Positions 35,412-52,378 are shown, counted from the first letter of the stretch. The stretch: 64,000 bases of DNA from Eledone cirrhosa (GCA_964016885.1 OZ024741.1:64232001-64296000); one strand, 5' to 3'. Numbers and translations: made by a program. The notes: a model not told the origin generated them from the letters alone.

Positions 35412-36444
35412 GAAATGAAACCGATCAACAAACTCCCAGACGTTATTCACTTACCGAGTAGGGTGTAACTTGTCAAATAGGACCAAAGAAACAATGTTTT
35501 CGTTGGTGTTTCCATTGCTGACACTACCTACTGGTTAAAACTCCTGACAGAAGGAGCAGCGTCTTGCCGAAAGACATAACGCATAGCCCGCTCCGGAAAT
35601 CGAACACGCAACCTCACGATTGCGAATCCAATGTTCTAACCTTTATGCCACATGTGGGGGAGGGGGCGTGGTGTTTGTAGCCTGAATAAAAACTCAAGTT
35701 CTCTAAACAAATCTTTCTTCTTCATTGAATAATTTAAGGCTACTGCTGTTTCCCTTGTTCTTTTTCTGTTTCATATTGTTCTTTGTGTGTCATTAACTTT
35801 CCAGCTTCACATTTTGTTTCATTAATTACATTTTCTTCGCTTTAACTCTTCGAAAATTTTCTTTGATTTTTTTTTATTTTAGTTGCTTCTGTTGTGAATG
35901 GTATGGGTGTAAGGCTTTTGTCCTGCTGTTGTTGATTTTTATTGTTTTTTGTTTAATAGTTTTCTGTGTTTAAAGTTTAATAGTCAAGAGAATTTGAAGT
36001 AGTTGCCATAGGACTATTGAATGGTTTCTGTTTGCTGTTTGCTGTTTTCAGCACTGTTATATATGATGTCTCTCTTCTAGCTATATATATTGTTGCTAGT
36101 TAAAACATTTTACCTGGTTCGTTTATGATGCTTGTTTTAGTTATTTTATATTGTTTTATTCTTTAGTTATTTTTTATTGTTTTATTTTATTTTTTAGTCA
36201 TGAAATTACGGTAATGCTGGGGGGCCAATATCTTGTTTTAGTCGTCATAGTGACACAAAGACTTATTTTTTCAAGACTGGTACCCATTTTATGGATATCT
36301 TTTTTTTCAGAATTCCTAGGTCATAGGGCACAAAAACACGGACACACACACACACACTGCTCGGTGTTTTTAGGAAGAACCTAAAAACTAAGAACATATA
36401 TGTATATATATACACATCTTTCTCTCTCTCTTTATATATATATA

Positions 36445-36529
<85 letters not shown>

Positions 36530-36531
<2 letters not shown>

Positions 36532-36830
36532 GGCACGATTGGCGGCGCTTTTTTCGCGTCCTTGCCCAGGGATGTTGGCTACCATCAGGTCTTTTCCGAA
36601 CGTTCGTCGCCAAGTGATCCTGGGGCAACCCTGCCTCCGTTGCCGCAAACTGAAGTCCAGTTAATCGCTGTTTTCGAGTGTCATTCGTTGGGCAGGTGTA
36701 GAATATGGCCAGCCAGGTGGCACCGACGCTCCGTGGCGAACCTCTGTAGCGTCCACGAATCGGCTCTCCGCAGGATTTCTTCGTTTCGCACTCGGTCACA
36801 CTAAGACATTCGAACGATCCTTCGCAGGCA
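36530..36830 (-). mobile_element. RTE-type LINE 3' fragment
   Basis: Minus-strand remnants WLGHIL.LP, RRQGCPRITWRRTFGKDL. Confidence 0.65.
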
Positions 36831-36862
36831 CCGCTGTATATATATCTATATGTACATATGTG

Positions 36863-36980
<118 letters not shown>

Positions 36981-37189
36981 CACGACAGGCTTTTTCAGTT
37001 TCCGTCTGCCAAATTCCACTCACAAACCATCAGTCAACCCAAGGGTATCGTAGAAGACAGTTAGTTAAGGCGTCACGCTGCAAAGCTGAACCCAAAACCC
37101 AGCAGTTGTAAATCAAACTGCTTAACCGCATAACTTTGCTTTTCTTTTCTTTTACCTGTAACAACCGACGAGCTAAGTCTATGCTGGGA

Positions 37190-38190
37190 CACCACCATTG
37201 ATGCTTCATTTTATATAACCATCCTTCTTTTCTTAACCATTGATGCTTGAAAAGCTTTGTCACTACTGTCATAATTTGTCCTTCTTGGTAGGCTATGGGC
37301 CTATCTCAAATCTTAAATAGAAGAATGTCAAGATGCTTCTTAAAAACATCTATATCCATCCTATGTAGATCTCTCGAGAACTTTGGCAGTCTACTCATGA
37401 GTTAGGGGTTCTTGAACACGAAGCTACTGCAGTATCTGTTCCTTACTCTAAAGGTTGGGGATGTGACATTGGACACCACAGTGACGTCCTCTCTAGAGGT
37501 TGTTCTAGCTCACTACTCCAGGTTTGGTGCTATCTTCCACATGTATCTTTATATGTATATCAGTTTATCTCCCCCGTCTTCGCTCCAGGGATTAGAATTT
37601 TAATTCTTTCAACCTCTTCGTTCATTCTTTAATTCATTCAGCTCATCTCTTTCATTGAGGCAATCTTCTTTGGCTTACTTCGTTGGATCGCTTCAAGTTC
37701 TGTAGTTAATTTGAAACTGTGAGGTGACCGTTGCAGAGTGTAATAGTCCAGGTGACTTATGACAAATGCCCTCCATAATATCGACATGATTTCCATATCT
37801 TTTGTCATGAATGAACTCAGAATCAATCCGGTCAATCGTCTGTAAATTGCCGCCATATTGGTGATATGTGCGTTGCTGCTCATCAATTCCTGATTTTGAC
37901 TCAGGTATTTCAATTCCTTGTGGCTCAGAGTAACTTTGTTGTAGTGTACTTCTGTTAAACTGAATATTGTTGTCCTCGGCCCACATGTATATATGGCGTA
38001 AGAGAGTAGCATCATTCAGATAATTTATTGCCTGTGCTAATTCTATGTAATCAGCACAACTAGGGAGAGCGGTTTCCTGTACAAACAGCAATGGCCCCAA
38101 GACAGTTCCCTGAGGTACATCACGCGTATATTAAAGTTTCTTTTGAGAGGGCTCCACTGGCTGCGACAGACTGGCTTCTGTCTTAATTTT
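37190..38190 (-). mobile_element. Degraded CR1-like LINE 3' fragment
   Basis: Minus strand VPQGTVLGPLLF (38085-38120), FVISHLDY...ELEAIQRS. Confidence 0.65.
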
Positions 38191-38347
38191 CCAATTATGC
38201 AGAAATACATAGTTTAAGACATATACATCTTATCAGTCAACTGCAGAGATACGTTGTTTCGGTGATTTAAAATCAATACAACTGACTCTAGTGCACAAGA
38301 AACAGTAACAAATTGTCAAAGGACAAGACAATATATATTATATATAC

Positions 38348-38487
<140 letters not shown>

Positions 38488-39220
38488 CTTCGAAAATATA
38501 GCTGTCACATTACAGAGAACTATGATAGTAGTTGATTATAATAAGTAAGAGTTGAATAGATCAAATAAAGATCCGCCTGGAGACAGAAAAAGAGAATCTA
38601 ACCACACATCTGTCGAATGTGTGTATGCACACGTGATTATGTATGTATGCATATATATATATGTGTGTGTGTGTGTGTGACTGTGTGTGTGTAAGCATGT
38701 GTGTATGCATCTATGTATGTATGTATCTATATATATGTAAGCATGTATGTATTCACCTATGTATGTATCTCTATATATAGATATGTATGTACATGAAAAC
38801 AGCCATATGGTGTATAAGATAAGGAAAGAATGAAATCTATTTAATCTAATACTAATGAGAATAGTAATATATAACAGATACCAATATATAACAGATAAAG
38901 GATTATATATATTTTTATGAAAAAGAAACTGCAAATACGTAGAACACACAGTATAGAAAGAGAAGAGTTTAGTGAGCAATACAATAAAGAAATGTCGCAT
39001 ATAATGAATTGATATGTAGTGTGCTTGAAGAAGTTAATTTAATTTAGGTTTATGCTCGAATCCACGTGTTGCGGTGTCACGCATTATCAATCCAGAAAAT
39101 AACTAATTTCATATTCCCATAAATTGTTCAGCAATAAATTTTCTTTAGCAATATATTGATCTTATATTCTCAATAAATATTGTCAATATATACATGTGCA
39201 CACACGCACACACACATGTG

Positions 39221-39288
<68 letters not shown>

Positions 39289-39372
39289 TATGCTTAAGTA
39301 TGATATATATTCAATATTACTACATATACACACAAACACACACACACACACACACACATGTATATATATATA

Positions 39373-39432
<60 letters not shown>

Positions 39433-39473
39433 CTGCCTACGTATAATATATATTCAAATAATGTACATTTATG

Positions 39474-39545
<72 letters not shown>

Positions 39546-39559
39546 TGTGTATATGTAGT

Positions 39560-40480
39560 AAAAAATCCGTGGATGTGAAAAAGAAAAAGAAAAACAGTAC
39601 TCAATCTTGTATTAGAGTTGATATATTATATTATTTATTAATGTTCATATACAGAATAAAAAGCGATATATAATGTTTTAACGTTCAATTATGACCATCA
39701 CCCCACATTGTGTGCGATGATGCAAATTGGAAGAGCGATCAAATTTGTGACCTAATCACCAGACGCGTGGAGGAGTTTGAACACACTGTTAAAACATAGC
39801 ATATGGAACGCTTTTTCCTTTAAAAAAATTATATATTATTAACGTTGAATAACAAAGGGAAATAACTCAAGATGTAAAATTGAAATTGCTATCTTAGTGT
39901 GTATGTGTGTTCTCAATATAGCAGGTGTGTGGTATTATGTGGTGGTATGCAATATACATAGATATGTCTATATTTATTTAAGTTTTGGAGTTGAGTAGTA
40001 TAGAAACTGTACTGTATTATGTATTTGCGGATAAAGAAAAGTTAAGAAAGTATAGAAATCAATATTAAGGTGGTTGAAAATCAGTGTTTCAACTTAGCAA
40101 GGAGTTGGCCACAGTGGTGTACACATACTCTAAATATGTCGTTCTTAGACTTTAAATAATTATTGTTCGCAGATGACAAAACTTGTAATATATTAAATTT
40201 TTCACTGTGGCAGAAACATTTCTTGGTACCGTTGATATAAGATCTGGCCTCTCAAGTACCTTCCAAGTAATTATATGTGGGACTGCTTTCTCCATTATTG
40301 TCCAGACTTTCTTCACCAGGGTCATGCTGGTTCTCATACCAGAGTTTCTGAAGGAGTGGAGATGAGAGAAAAAACGGTCTTGCACCATACCAACATATCT
40401 TTCGCTAACTTCAAAATTTTCTGTGGTGTTGTCTCTGCCACACACACACACAGACAGACAAAGTCTAAGAACGACATATA
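39560..40480 (-). mobile_element. Degraded PLE 3' fragment (GIY-YIG + pLTR)
   Basis: YVGM..DRFFSHLHSFRN...TLVKKVW...ITWKVLER resembles the endonuclease at 23200-23500; bounded by microsatellites. Confidence 0.6.
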
Positions 40481-40694
40481 GGAATATATTATTCAACACT
40501 TGACTTCATACAGACAGGCGTCTTCGGTAAGACGTAGAAACCGTAGGAGCTCAGCGTCGAATATTTTCCTCATAAATATACCGACTTGGCATCCCATTCT
40601 ACAGCGAATACTACTTTGCTTAGTGGTCTTTCGGGGGGTAGCACCGCAGGCACTCATACGCACGCACGCACACGCGCACACATACACACACACA

Positions 40695-40741
<47 letters not shown>

Positions 40742-40742
<1 letters not shown>

Positions 40743-40898
40743 TTCTAGCATAGGCACAAGGCCAGTAATTTATCGACCTCGTAAGGATGAAAGGTAAAGG
40801 TAACCTCGGCGGGATTTGAACTCAGACCGTAAAGGACCGTAACTTTTTACTGTAAAGCATGGTGTCCGACTCTCTACCTATACTGCCAATCCACCGCC
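40742..40898 (-). mobile_element. S1 SINE (internally deleted)
   Basis: GGCACAAGGCCAG...GGATGAAAGG...GGATTTGAACTC...CTGCCAATCCACCGCC. Confidence 0.8.
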
Positions 40899-41972
40899 CT
40901 TGTGTGTGTATACAAATAACAAGTATAAGTGCGAAGAGTAGATAGTACAACATATACCTAATTTTTCTTCAATGTCCTGATGGCACAGTTTCGCATATTC
41001 TGTATGTGTGTGTAGGCGTGTCTGAGTATGTAGGCACGTGGTGTGGTGTAGTGTGGTGTGGTGTGTGTGTGTGTGTATGGGTGTGTGGGTAGCAAAAAAA
41101 GCATTGTTGCTCATAAATTTATAGGAAATGTAGATTCCTATAAATTATTTTTCCGATTAATGTGAGATTGCATAGCACTTGGCATCGTGTATAAATACAT
41201 CAATTTACCTTTACAAGAAACCTACACATCAAGTCATTAATAATATTTTGTTATTGCATGTGTGAGAGTGGTGCAGAGGTTCTGGGGAGGGGCGTATGGT
41301 TGCGCACGCGTATATGTGTCTTTACAGATTAGCGTATGAGAAAATATCAAAAATATGTTTGTGTTTGGCAATTCGCGTTATATCTACACACAGGTACATA
41401 TACACACGTATATATATAATATGATATAATATAATATAATATAATATAATATAATATAATATAATATAATATAATATAATATAATATATACAGAGAGAGA
41501 CATACAGACAGACAGAGTGAAAGGGTGGGAGAGAAGGAGAGATAGATAGATAGGTAGATAAATGTATATATTTATAATACATACACATATATATATATAT
41601 GCATATGTATATATGTAAATATGTATACATATATATGCATATATATGTAAATATATATATTTGTGTGTGTGTGTGTACATATATATATTTATATATATAT
41701 AGAGAGAGAGAGAAAATCTTTATCTGTGTGTGCGTGTGTGGCGTGTGTGTATGGGAGTTGTATGTTATACGCGTATATCGATATGATTTATTTATATTTG
41801 TGTCCTTTCTTTATGTTTGGTTGTTATTTGGGTTTTGTAAACAGTTATTCTTTTATTTAATGAAATATGATCAGAAATTGTAGAATATCTCTTTAAGTAT
41901 TACCTTCGGTGATTTTTCTATGAAAAATCAACATTTGCGGAATGAAGTATATATAAAGTTTTCAAGTGCTTA

Positions 41973-42035
<63 letters not shown>

Positions 42036-42041
<6 letters not shown>

Positions 42042-42697
42042 CATTATGAAGAGAGAAGAAATATTAGATATAATTAATAATAAGATATATCATACCCAAA
42101 CTGCTTTTTTAGTCCCCGACTACGTAGTTTCGTGGCATATTATGCAAAAACACTACATCACAGAGATATAGAATTTATGTGAGGTATGCCGACTTATCAA
42201 GAGGATACCTCATTAAGAGTTTCAAAACACGTCCGTAGGACGCGAGATAGAATCCCGAAAGGCGGAGGGGGAGTTAATCACGTGATACAGCGGTCAAAAA
42301 ACAGAGCTAAGCCTCTTATAACCCTGAAAAGAATACCATGGAGGGGAGGAGGTACTTATATCAAAGCCGTAGAAGAGGTGGCTAAGGTGGTGAGAAGTAT
42401 GAGTAATGCTAGTTTTCCAGCAGTCACTACACTTCAAAGGTTACTCGACCAAAGGGAGTTATAAACAATATATAGAGAAACACACAGATACATGCGGACA
42501 CATACATATACATGAATATATCCACATATATCCTTGAGTTAGTGATACCAACCTCAACCGATGTTGCTCTATGAATAACTGGGATAAACTAATCCGAATG
42601 GATTAGATTGATTCAGTATCAGAGCTATATAATACATTATGAAGAGAGAAGAAACATTAGATATAATTAATAATAAGATATATCATACCCAAACTGC
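42036..42697 (-). mobile_element. PLE-derived partial-tandem pLTR insertion in (TA)n
   Basis: A ~68-bp direct repeat ATAATACATTATGAAGAGAG...CATACCCAAACTGC at 42036-42104 and 42629-42697. A degenerate minus-strand hammerhead (GTG...CAC-GAAA-CTACGTAG-TC) lies at ~42112-42165. Confidence 0.6.
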
Positions 42698-42714
42698 ATA
42701 TATATATATATATA

Positions 42715-44872
<2,158 letters not shown>

Positions 44873-45019
44873 CATATATATATAATTGACAATGCACATA
44901 TATGTATATATATATATATTTGACAAAACAAACATATATTTATATATATACATATCAAAAGTATATATTGAGCTAAAAGGTCACATTAGTCCCTTGTAAT
45001 TTGAACGCATATATATATG

Positions 45020-45088
<69 letters not shown>

Positions 45089-45328
45089 CAGTGAGAGAGA
45101 GTGTGAGAGAAAGAGAGAGAGAGAGATTACAGTGAGAGAGAGTGTGAGAGAAAGAGAGAGAGAGAGGTACGGAGAAGGAGGAGCAAGATTTGTCATTTGA
45201 TCTCCGTTCATAATTTCAATCCTAAAATAAAATGTAATAATTTAATGACGATTTCCAATGTATTATGTATTTATTTATACTCACACGCACACACAAACAC
45301 ACATGCACATATATATACATATATATAC

Positions 45329-45435
<107 letters not shown>

Positions 45436-45458
45436 GAGGTTACAGTGAGAGAGAGTGT

Positions 45459-45492
<34 letters not shown>

Positions 45493-45670
45493 AACGGAGA
45501 GGGTGGAGCAAGATTTGTCATTTGATCTCCGTTCATAATTTCAATCCTAAAATAAAATTTAATAATTTAATAATTTAATGACTATTTCCAATGTATTATG
45601 TATTTATTTATACTCACACGCACACACATGCACATATATATACATATATATACATATATATATATATATT

Positions 45671-45709
<39 letters not shown>

Positions 45710-45837
45710 ATGTGTGTGTGTGTATGTGTGTGTGTGTATGATATGATATAATATAATATAATATAATATAATATATAATATAATATATATGTGCGAGAGA
45801 GTGTGTGTGTTACATAGATAGATAGATAGATAGATAT

Positions 45838-46522
45838 ATTTCTTTATTAGCCACAGGGGCACAAAAGAAGGGGACAAATACAAAGGGGGAAGTTTACATA
45901 CAATAAAAACGTGTAAAATGTTATCACAGATGGAATTTAAAAGTTAGTCGATTTTCCCCAATAGAGGGAGACAGTTTATATGGGTAACACAGACCCCCGA
46001 AAAAAATGTGCAACCCTCATCTCCAGGAGTACGAAGAGCTTGTACTCCTTTCCTCTCCTCCTCCTTTTCCTCAACCTACAGGCTGATATAGAGAGAAGGC
46101 CCATTCACTCGGGCCATTCTCGCCACTTTCACCCACCTTTCATAAAACTTGCTGGGGTACAGCACCTCTCTCTCCATCCTGATTCTTCTTCCAAAGTGGT
46201 ATTTGAAAAAAAGAATCAGTTGTTGGCCGGAGAGAAAGGTGTCTGACCTCAGCCCTTTCAACCTTGTCCACCATACAACCTCTTTCGCCATAGCTATCAC
46301 ACAAAGGAAAACCGCCTCTCCTTCGTTTTTGAAGGAGGGTGGCGGTTTGATCATGACAATGGACTCGGTGGTCAACTGGATTGGTCCCACCCGCGACAAT
46401 AGTCGTTCCACATAGCCCCACAGGTCAGTGACGCCCGGGCAGTGTATGAATGCGTGCGCGACGGTTTCTTCGTCTCGCACGCACCTCGGACAGATCTTTT
46501 TTGCAGGGTCCCTGCCCGGGCG
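45838..46522 (-). mobile_element. 5'-truncated Tx1 family B-related copy in (TATC)n
   Basis: ORF2 C-terminus (CPRC..ETVAHAFIHC...VWWTRLKGL...ARMARVNGPSL); 3' end TGTGGCTAATAAAGAAAT; (GATA)n on both sides. Confidence 0.88.
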
Positions 46523-46558
<36 letters not shown>

Positions 46559-46772
46559 TTCTTTATTTACCATAAAGGCATAAAAAGAAGGGACAAATAC
46601 AAAGGGGGAGTTTACATATAATCGAGTAAAAAGGGTGTAACATGAAAATAATCGAAAATAACCTCAAAAGGGAGGGGACGTGATGGGGGTTGCACACACC
46701 CCCGAAAAAGTGTGCAATCCTTTGCCCGGGGAGCACATGGAGAAGGTGCTCCCCTCTCCTTTACTTCTTTAC

Positions 46773-49700
46773 CTACAGGATGGTATACAGAGAAGGCCCA
46801 TTTACACGAGCCATTCTCGCCACTATCACCCACCTTTCATAAAACTGCCTGTGGCCAAGCACCTCTCTCTCCATTCTTATCCTTCTTCCAAAGTGATATC
46901 GGAAGAAGTAGACCAGACTATGGCCAGAGAGGAAGTTGCCTGACCTCAGACCTTTCAATCGTGTCCACCAAACAACCTCTTTCAACATGGCTATTACGCA
47001 CAGAAAAACCGCCTTTGCTTCCTTTGTGAAGAGGGGAGGCGGTTTGATTGTCATCACGGACCCGGCGGTCAATTTAATCGGCGCCACCCGCGACAGCAGT
47101 CGTTCGGCGTAGCCCCACAGATCAGCCACGCCCGGACATTGCACCAATGCGTGCGCAACGGTTTCTTCGTGACGCACGCATCTAGGGCAAATCTTTTTTG
47201 AGGGATCCCTGCCCGGGCGCCCGTGTCTGTAGAGCCTCTCTCGAACGGGTAGAGCCCCCCGGTAGCACTGCCAGGCCAGTGACTTCTGGAAGTTGTCCAT
47301 TGGTCCTGGGCCGAAAGTCCTACCGAACAGGCTGGCCAGTTCGTCTTCTTCCATGTCCAGCGACTCTCCAAGGGTGTCATCGCCCCTGCTAGCCACCAGC
47401 CCTCTATAGAATGATGAGGTGGATTCTCCACCGATGGCCTGGCCCGCTTGCCAGAGAGCCCTGAGCGCCTGAGCACACTCAGTGTGCCAGTCTCCCAGTT
47501 TTCCGGATCTTTGCTTGACCCAGGACTGTAGCTCGGTGAGCGAGACGAGTCTCGGAAAGGCTCGTTTCACGAACGGAGCCCACACCGGTTGACCAGTGAG
47601 GAATACCTGTAGGTGCCTTAGCCTTAATGCGTGCCTACGCATCATCAACCACGGCATCCCCAGCCCCCCCTTTCGAAGGTTGTTGGCAGCAGATGGATCT
47701 TCTCACCATAGGAGGACGCTTCTTCCAAAGAAATTGGAAGAGCATGCGTTCCATGGTGGTGAGTGTTTCCTTAGGGCAAGGCACGACAGTCAGGCGGTAG
47801 TAAGTGACGGACGCTGTGTAAATGTTCGCCACCTCCGCCCGGCCTTTTAGGGACAGCTTACACTTGGCCCATTTCTGGGTTAGTGCAAACACCTTGTTCG
47901 TAACCTCGTTCCAGTTCTTTTCCACCTGGAGGTCCGGTCCAAACCAGACCCCAAGCAACTTTACCGGGCCCTCCGCCCAGTGTCCGACGACACCGTCAGG
48001 AGGCATCGGTCTGCCTCTCCACGTTCCGAGTTGCAGCCAGATGTATTTTTCCCGGTTCAGTTTCGCTCCTGACAACCTTTCGTACTCCTCCAGTAAGGTA
48101 CCGATCGCCTCGATCTCCGAGTCGGTTGATACCATTACTGTTACGTCATCGGCGTAGGCCGACACCGCTTTGCTCAATCCTGGTTCCAGGGGGATACCCT
48201 GCAACAACTCCATCTTCCCCAGTAAAGGCTCGAGAGTCAATACGTACAGAAGGGAGGAGAGAGGGCACCCCTGTCGAATGGATCGTGTGATTTCGAACGG
48301 CTTCGAAAGGTAGCCGTTCACCTTGATCCTAGAACAGATGTGGTTGCTAGGTAGGGCAGTGATCCAGCCTCTGAAAACAGGACCGAACCCAGCCGCCGCT
48401 AGCACCGCATCCAGGTAACCATGGTCGACCCTATCGAAGGCCTTAGACTGATCCAAGTTGATCAGAGCCCCACCGAAGCCGGGTTTGTTGCCAACCCTCT
48501 CTATGATGTATCGCATGAGGTGGAGGTTATCGTGAATGGACCTGGATGGGATAGCACATGTCTGCGCATCTCCCACCAGGCCACCCACGACAAGCGCCAA
48601 CCTCTTTGCTAACACCTTGGCCAAAATCTTTAACTCTGTGTTTAGCAGGGTTATGGGCCGAAAATTATTTATACTATCCCCCTTGTTCTCGTCCTTCCTC
48701 ACCAGCGTGACTACGCCCTTGGCTACAGAACAAGGAATTCTCCCGTTCTGCTGCCAATTGCAGTAGACCGCTTCGAGGAGTTCGGAGAAGAAGACCGGCA
48801 TTGCTAAATAAAGTTCGTAAGGTATACCATCGAGACCTGGAGATTTGTGTCTGCTGCATTGGCTCAGCGCATCTCCGATCTCATCAGCCGAGATTGGTCC
48901 CTCGCAGGACTCTGCCTCTTCGTTCGAAATCCACGCCCCCGCCCGGACCCTCGCCTCCCCCGAACAATCGGGCAAAGTGCCTTTGAAAGGCCTCGCACAT
49001 CTGCTTAGGCTCCCGGATCACCCGTCCATCTTCGTCTTGCAACGACCGGATGGTGGATCGATTTCCACTCTTAGCTTCTGTCACGCGGGCCCATCCAACG
49101 GCTTTGGTCCCCTCATTACCTAGAGCACGTATTTTACTCCGAATGACGCAGCCTTCGTGCTTTGCATCGAAAAACTGGTTCAAGGCCGTCCTCGATGCCA
49201 ACACTCTGGCCACATCTTCGCTCTTGATTGCCTCTTCTAATTTACCTGTTAATTCTTTCTCGTTTCTATTCCTATCGGCAGCTAACATCTTGCTATAACT
49301 TACTGATTCTGTTCTAATTTCTCTTTTGAGAGATGCCCACCATCGGTTGTTGACGATTGCACCCGTCAACCTCTCCTTAACTAATCTGCTAATCCGGTTT
49401 CTGTAAGTCTCTTTTGCCGGTAAAGACAAATTAAGTTTCCAGTAACCGGGACCCTGTCTATGTGTTTTCTCGAGATTGACCACGCAGGTCACTAATTTGT
49501 GATCCGTGTAGCCAACCGTGCGCATTTCTGGACAGCTTAATATGTCCCTATCCTTACTTCTAACTAAGAATCTATCTAAGTACGATCTGTGGTTTCTCCA
49601 AGTCCAGGTAGGCACAGTTGGAAAATCTAGTCGATATCTATCGACCAAGTTAAAACGGTCGAGTAACCCCTTGAGGCTGTTACACCCCCCTCTATTAGGA

Positions 49701-50167
49701 CATGCTCCTGCATAGTCCCAACGTGCATCCAGGATGTCATTCCAATCCCCCGCTAGAAGCAGGGAACGCGACGTTCCCAGAAAAGTCTCCAAACGCTGGA
49801 AGAAGTCGGGCCGTTCAGCTCCGAAAGGGGAGTAGACGGCGACCAGTCTCAAGGATGCACTTTCACTACTGCCAACGTCTAGCACCAACAAACGACCCTC
49901 CGGGTCCGAGTGCACAACCTGTACGGCAAGACCCAGGTGTTTTTGCAGCAGTACGACAACCCCACCCCCACCTCCAGGTTGACAGAGAGATGCATGCACC
50001 TCAAAGTCATCGAAGGTAGGGGCCAGCTGCCGCACGACGCTGATTCGAGTCTCACAGATAACCATTACATTTATACCACATGACCTGAGGTCATTTAGAA
50101 GCTTTGCTTGCTTCCAAGTTGAGCCCAGGCCACGTGCATTCAAACATCCTACTCTTAACACATCCAT
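46773..50167 (-). pseudogene. Tx1 family B ORF2 (APE + RT YADD + CCHC), two frameshifts
   Basis: Pieces 48884..50167 (LNARGL, GDWN, YLDR, TDH), 47635..48975 (KSPGLDG, DQSKAFD, RQGCPLS, YADD) and 46773..47657. Confidence 0.9.
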
Positions 50168-50199
50168 GTGGGCGGCAGAGCCAAAGGAGAGTGTAGAGA

Positions 50200-52077
50200 C
50201 CTACCTTTCCGCTTCCCGGGGTTCGGGTCGCACGACTTCCATGGGGTCGGTGGTGTTGGGTGAAGGGGTGTCTTGTGGTGGTGTGGGGTCGTCAGTGTGT
50301 GGTGGGGTTGGGGTGTTTGGAGTTGTGTTGGGGAGGGGAAGGGGAGGGGGAAAGTTTTTTAGTAGGACGCGGTTTATGGGTGACAGAGGGTGGTCCTACG
50401 TCCTCCTTAAAACCCTTTTTTAGTTTTTGGTAGAGGTTCATTGGGATCTTTATTAATTTTAAATGTGGGTAGTTTTCTGAAGAAACAAAGTTTACACCTT
50501 CGGTTTGTACCGAAGGATTGTTGTTTATGAGTTCATTTAATTTATTATTGTTTCTGTTGATGTAAGTATAGCGTAATGTCTTTTTTTCGGATGGTGTGAG
50601 TGTTTCGAAGAGGGGAGGGGCAGGTTTGGTTTTGTTTGTTGCTGGAGGGGTGTTTTCTGTTTTGTTGGATTGTGTTGAGATTTGGGTGGGGGTTGTTTTG
50701 CCTTGTGTGTTTTGCACATGTTTTCTTTTTTTCCTTTTAATCTGTCTGAAGGACTCCGTTTCTTCCTCCGAATTCGTTGGGTTATCTTCAGTGTTGGAGG
50801 GAAGAGGTATGTTTGCTGGTAATGTTTCCGTGTTGGTTTTCTTTGTGGGGGAGATGGATGTCACTATGTTAGACTGTGTTGTGTGTTGTGTCTGCGGTGG
50901 TTGTGTTGTTTTATTGAGTGAGGAGTTGGGTGGGCCTGTATTTTGTTTTGGGGTAATGTGTTGTGACTGTTTGTGTTGTGGTGGTGGTGTAGTTTTACTG
51001 AGGGACGGGTTGGGTGGGACTGAGTTTTGTTGTTTGTTTATCTGTTGTGGTGGTGGTGGTGGTGGTGGAGCTGGTGTTGGTAGCAGGGTTTTCTTTTTGT
51101 TGATTTGGGGACAAGCGGCCTTCAGGTGCCCTCTACCTGCACAGATATGACAGGACGGCCTTCTCCCCTCCACGCTAATGTTTATATACCCGTGGCCCTC
51201 TAATAGGATTATGTCGGGTATTTGGGCTTCATTTGTACTACCAGCTCTATACCTGTTCCACTGAACGCATTGCCTGTGGTTTTCCCAATGGAAATCACGT
51301 TGTCATTCACTGGATCGATGAAGCCAGCTATGAGCCAGCAGTTGTCCACATCTGGCATCATTGCATCCAGCCATATGCATTGAGTTCTTTTACCCATATA
51401 AAAGGTAAAATTTTTCGAACGAATCGGTGACAAAGCACATTTTTTTGCCGCCGATTCGTTCTTCATAATAATTGCTAGGCTTCCATACAGTCTGTCTTTT
51501 CTTATGAAAGTGGTTTCATTAAGTACTTCTGTGAGTACTGTTTTGATATCTGCCTGAGTTGGCTGTTCAGGTTTTTTTGAAGTGTTGTTGATGGTGCGGA
51601 ACACGACCGTTCGACTTTCAATGTCTTTGGTGAGTTCTTGAGGCATTTTTACCGATAAAATACCATTCTCTCCTTCACTTATGTATCGTTTGGCGTCTGT
51701 GATTCTTCGTGCCACATCTGAAATATTTTCAGGTATATATGTCAAAGATTTCTTTGTTGTTTGTGCAAATAAATCTTGTCGTCTGCTTTGCTTTCTGTTA
51801 TGGTGTTATTTTCAAATGTTATTTTTGTGTTTGTTGTGTCTTTGTTTGTGGTATTAGTATTGTCATGCAATTTTTCAAATTTTTTTTTTCGTTGTTGGAA
51901 TCCATGTCCAGATTTGTGTTTTCGTCATTTTTCTCCGCAGATTCATCTGTTTTTATTTTATTTTTTCCTTCCTTCTCTATGACGTTAGTTGGGAAGGAAG
52001 GGGGGACTAAAGCGTGCGAGCTTACAACTCTTACCGCTGTCCCCCCCACCACTATTTTCGTTCGCTTCGTTTAACAT
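50200..52077 (-). pseudogene. Tx1 family B ORF1, frameshifted
   Basis: Pieces 51819..52052, 51209..51745 and 50292..51173; EGRRPSC CCHC knuckle homologous to family A EGRRPRC. Confidence 0.8.
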
Positions 52078-52319
52078 TTCTGTCAGACGATTGAAATTTT
52101 TTTGTCACAACATTTTTTAAAACAGGTTTTTCACCTCTAGGAGGGGTAAAGATGAGCTGACCCACCGCCTGACAGTTCAGACGAGGGGTCAAGCTACACA
52201 ATAGTATCAAAATTAAAATTGAACTTACAAAATTTCCGCAATAAATTTGAACAAAACTTCTGCGCGAAGTGAATTACATCTACGCTGTGGAACAGACGAC
52301 AGCTAGATTAATAGATAGG

Positions 52320-52377
<58 letters not shown>

Positions 52378-52378
52378 T

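Larger units (their letters stand above)
46558..52303 (-). mobile_element. Full-length, frameshifted L1/Tx1-clade LINE, family B, inserted in (TATC)n
   Basis: ORF1 remnants with CHICAGRGHLKAAC; ORF2 remnants collinear with family A; (GATA)n at 46523-46558 and 52311-52440; 3' end GGTAAATAAAGAAAT. Confidence 0.92.

Noticed and set aside
35445-35535. Exon-like segment with a GTAAGT donor on the minus strand
   Set aside because: Similar sequence occurs at ~15140-15250, so it is a dispersed repeat body.
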